A stretch of 62,640 bases of DNA, filler included. It is 8 parts of 8 records of this genome, joined end to end, with 100 filler letters (N's around TTAATTAATTAA, not from the genome) between each part and the next. Parts side by side here need not be neighbours in the genome. Positions count along the whole stretch, not along the records: positions 57,141 to 62,640 come from SRR31156797_4400; 7 more parts are not named here. One strand, written 5' to 3'. Below are positions 60,462 through 62,640 of this stretch, one piece after another. Position numbers and translations under genes: made by a program. Positions within the stretch are counted from its first letter, which is position 1. Every line of letters begins with the position of its first letter. The notes under the pieces are model-generated. The model worked only from the letters and a program-made list of their open reading frames with translations, was not told the DNA's origin and made no database searches.

Positions 60462-61484
60462 ATGAAAACTGCTAAAAAAGCCATTCGGGTACCAATAGAA
60501 AAAGCAGAGAGCATAAGGCTTAAAATTGCAGACACTGGTAAACTTGATCCTGACAGAAGGATAAAAGTCATCGTCCAAGAGGAACGCTTTCTTGAGATAC
60601 CAGTCACTGATGACATAGATGGATTTGAGACTTATCCGCAGGAAGACCCCATTTTTTATAATAAATGGCAATCACTCGAAGATAGGATAAAAGGAAATAT
60701 CCCGTATGAGGAACTTAATTTGTTACCTTCAGGATGGCAGATACTTGGAGACGTGATAGTTGTCACCATAGACCCGAAGATAGGTCCTCTTAAAGAGATG
60801 ATTGCAGAAGCACTGCTTCAGATGTATCCTGCATGCAGGACTGTGGTAAGGGATCTTGGAATAAGCGGGCAGTTCAGGCTGCCTCAAAGAGAGGTAATCA
60901 TCGGAGAGGACACCGAGATTATAAATAAAGAGAATGGGTGCCTGTTCAAACTTGACGTGACAAAGGTGATGTTCTCTAAAGGGAACCTGCATGAGAAAAC
61001 CCTCATGAGTAATATAGGCGCCAATGAGACTATTGTTGATATGTTTGCTGGGATCGGTTACTTCACGATTCCTATGGCTGTCCATGCAAAGCCTGTTAAG
61101 ATAATTGCCATTGAGATCAACCCTGAATCTTACGCATACCTGAAGGAGAATATAGCACTGAACCATGTGGAACACATAGTTGAAGCACTGAATGGGGACT
61201 GCGCGGAACTGACACCCAAAGATGTTGCTGACAGAGTCATCATGGGTTACGTGAACACCACTCATCATTATCTTGAACAGGGAATAGCCGCCCTGAAAAA
61301 TAGTGGTGGAATCCTGCATTATCATGAGACTACTCCTGAAAGTCTACTGTTTGACAGACCCGTGGGACGTATCAAACAGGCAGCTTCGAAGGCTGGTAGA
61401 AATGTAGAGATAATGGAATGCAGGAAGATAAAAAAATATTCACCGGGCGTGTGGCATGTCGTTGTAGATGCCCGGATTACTTGA
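60462..61484 (+). CDS. taw2: Trm5/Taw2 (TYW2) family tRNA-modifying SAM enzyme
   Basis: ENGCLFKLDVTKVMFSKGN, DMFAGIGYF, ADRVIMGY, KKYSPGVWHVVVD. Confidence 0.75.
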   Translation: MKTAKKAIRVPIEKAESIRLKIADTGKLDPDRRIKVIVQEERFLEIPVTDDIDGFETYPQEDPIFYNKWQSLEDRIKGNIPYEELNLLPSGWQILGDVIVVTIDPKIGPLKEMIAEALLQMYPACRTVVRDLGISGQFRLPQREVIIGEDTEIINKENGCLFKLDVTKVMFSKGNLHEKTLMSNIGANETIVDMFAGIGYFTIPMAVHAKPVKIIAIEINPESYAYLKENIALNHVEHIVEALNGDCAELTPKDVADRVIMGYVNTTHHYLEQGIAALKNSGGILHYHETTPESLLFDRPVGRIKQAASKAGRNVEIMECRKIKKYSPGVWHVVVDARIT

Positions 61485-61546
61485 AGAAAATGAATTTACA
61501 CAAATATTATTAATTTCAAATTGGAAAAAAATTAAGATGAGAAACA

Positions 61547-62272
61547 CTATGCCTGCAGTGCATTTGAACCATTGAGATCTGAGTCCATCTTTTCTCCAGC
61601 TATCAAATCAAGAGTTGCATTTGCAACTATTTGACTTGTAAACGGAACCATTAGGAGATGTACAACGGCAATGATGGTTAAACTTAATAACAAATGCCAC
61701 TGCAAGAATTCTCCGACTATTAATGGAAGAGATTCTACCAAACCAAGACCTACAATAATGACAAAGATACCAACACTTGTTGCAACGTTCTCTTTGAATA
61801 AGCTTATTCCTCCCGACAAAGCCTCACTAATCTCATTTCGTTTTATTACAAACAGAAAAAGCACCAATTGCAGAAAAAGGGAAGGAATTGAGAGAACGAA
61901 TGAAAGAATAAATCTCAAAACGGGCATGATATAATCCGACATGAACGCACTATCAAAAAGCAACGCTAAGTTGAGGATCAAAGAAAGGATTGACCAGATT
62001 ACAAAAGCTACGACCATCACGGCTATTGCAAGAAGTCCGTACTCCCAACTACGCTTAAAGTTACCGGACCGAAAGCCTTCAAAAACATCATCAAAAACTA
62101 CATTTTCATTTTTTGCTCCCTTTATGATCATGTGGGCAAATCCGTATGTCAAAGGAGGAGCTGTTATAATAAAAATAGAGCCAAGTATTACTGTTAAGGA
62201 TGCTAAAACATACTCAATTATGTTGCTGGCAAAAGCATTATAAGATTTTTTTACTAAATTTACGTATTCCAT
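61547..62272 (-). CDS. Hypothetical multi-pass membrane protein
   Basis: About 5 hydrophobic segments, PPLTYG...DVFEGF; AGGAG RBS. Confidence 0.75.
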   Translation of the reverse strand: MEYVNLVKKSYNAFASNIIEYVLASLTVILGSIFIITAPPLTYGFAHMIIKGAKNENVVFDDVFEGFRSGNFKRSWEYGLLAIAVMVVAFVIWSILSLILNLALLFDSAFMSDYIMPVLRFILSFVLSIPSLFLQLVLFLFVIKRNEISEALSGGISLFKENVATSVGIFVIIVGLGLVESLPLIVGEFLQWHLLLSLTIIAVVHLLMVPFTSQIVANATLDLIAGEKMDSDLNGSNALQA

Positions 62273-62640
62273 TAATATCCCTCCTTTAATAATATATTAT
62301 GAAATTCATTGATCCTATTAAAAATTATGGATTTAATCCTTTAACTTTAAGAAAGATACATGAATACCCTCTAGATCTTTTAATAGTAGGCATGACAACA
62401 TTAAGAAGGAAAAAAGAAAAGTGGGTCTGTAGAAATCCTGCAAATTAAACTTTGAACAACTGCACTATTTCAATCATCTTCAGGAGGGCAGCAAAGGAAC
62501 ACGCCGCCTACGGCAGATGGCCGAATTGTTTTTGTAGTCAACGATTTTCTTTCAGTATCGGAAACACAAAGCTGCAGTGGGACAACAAGTTTGACTAATC
62601 GTGAATCATAAACAACTAAAACCATCCCGAAGGGTCCGGC

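Overview
This window is not one locus. It is eight unrelated contigs joined by identical artificial spacers (44 N + TTAATTAATTAA + 44 N), so adjacency across spacers means nothing. Taxonomic calls are inferred from gene content, GC and promoter motifs. (A) 1-7211, deltaproteobacterial-like: broken lysophospholipase, small Cys-rich membrane ORF, ATP-grasp + esterase pair, YbbA/YbbP/TesA-type ABC-esterase operon. (B) 7312-12625, Desulfobacterota-like: heptose/NDP-sugar operon (GmhA, domain-swapped HldE-like, deoxyhypusine-synthase-like protein, epimerase) divergent from a radical SAM gene, with a sigma54-type promoter on each side. (C) 12726-23822, Vibrio-like: mreBCD-maf-rng-yhdP-nitrilase-tldD-rraB. 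(D) 23923-29350, deltaproteobacterial: ABC binding protein-menA, carboxyltransferase, radical SAM, acuC fragment. (E) 29451-42294, Bacteroidota: pyrH-frr through riboflavin synthase, with TAnnTTTG promoters. (F) 42395-47519, Desulfobacterales-like: livK/livH, nadK, EamA, cysteine desulfidase-like gene, HisKA-ending protein. (G) 47620-57040, Desulfobacterota: decayed integron-type cassette array, ilvE, DUF362, Cys-less rhodanese, trxAB, bamD, alaS. (H) 57141-62640, Methanosarcinaceae-like archaeon: trm1, wHTH, DUF2110, MsvR-like regulator with its operator, taw2. The best candidates for undescribed biology are the sigma54-driven heptose operon with a DHS-fold enzyme, the eroded attC cassette array, and the ATP-grasp/esterase pair. 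All family assignments come from motif recognition, not database searches.
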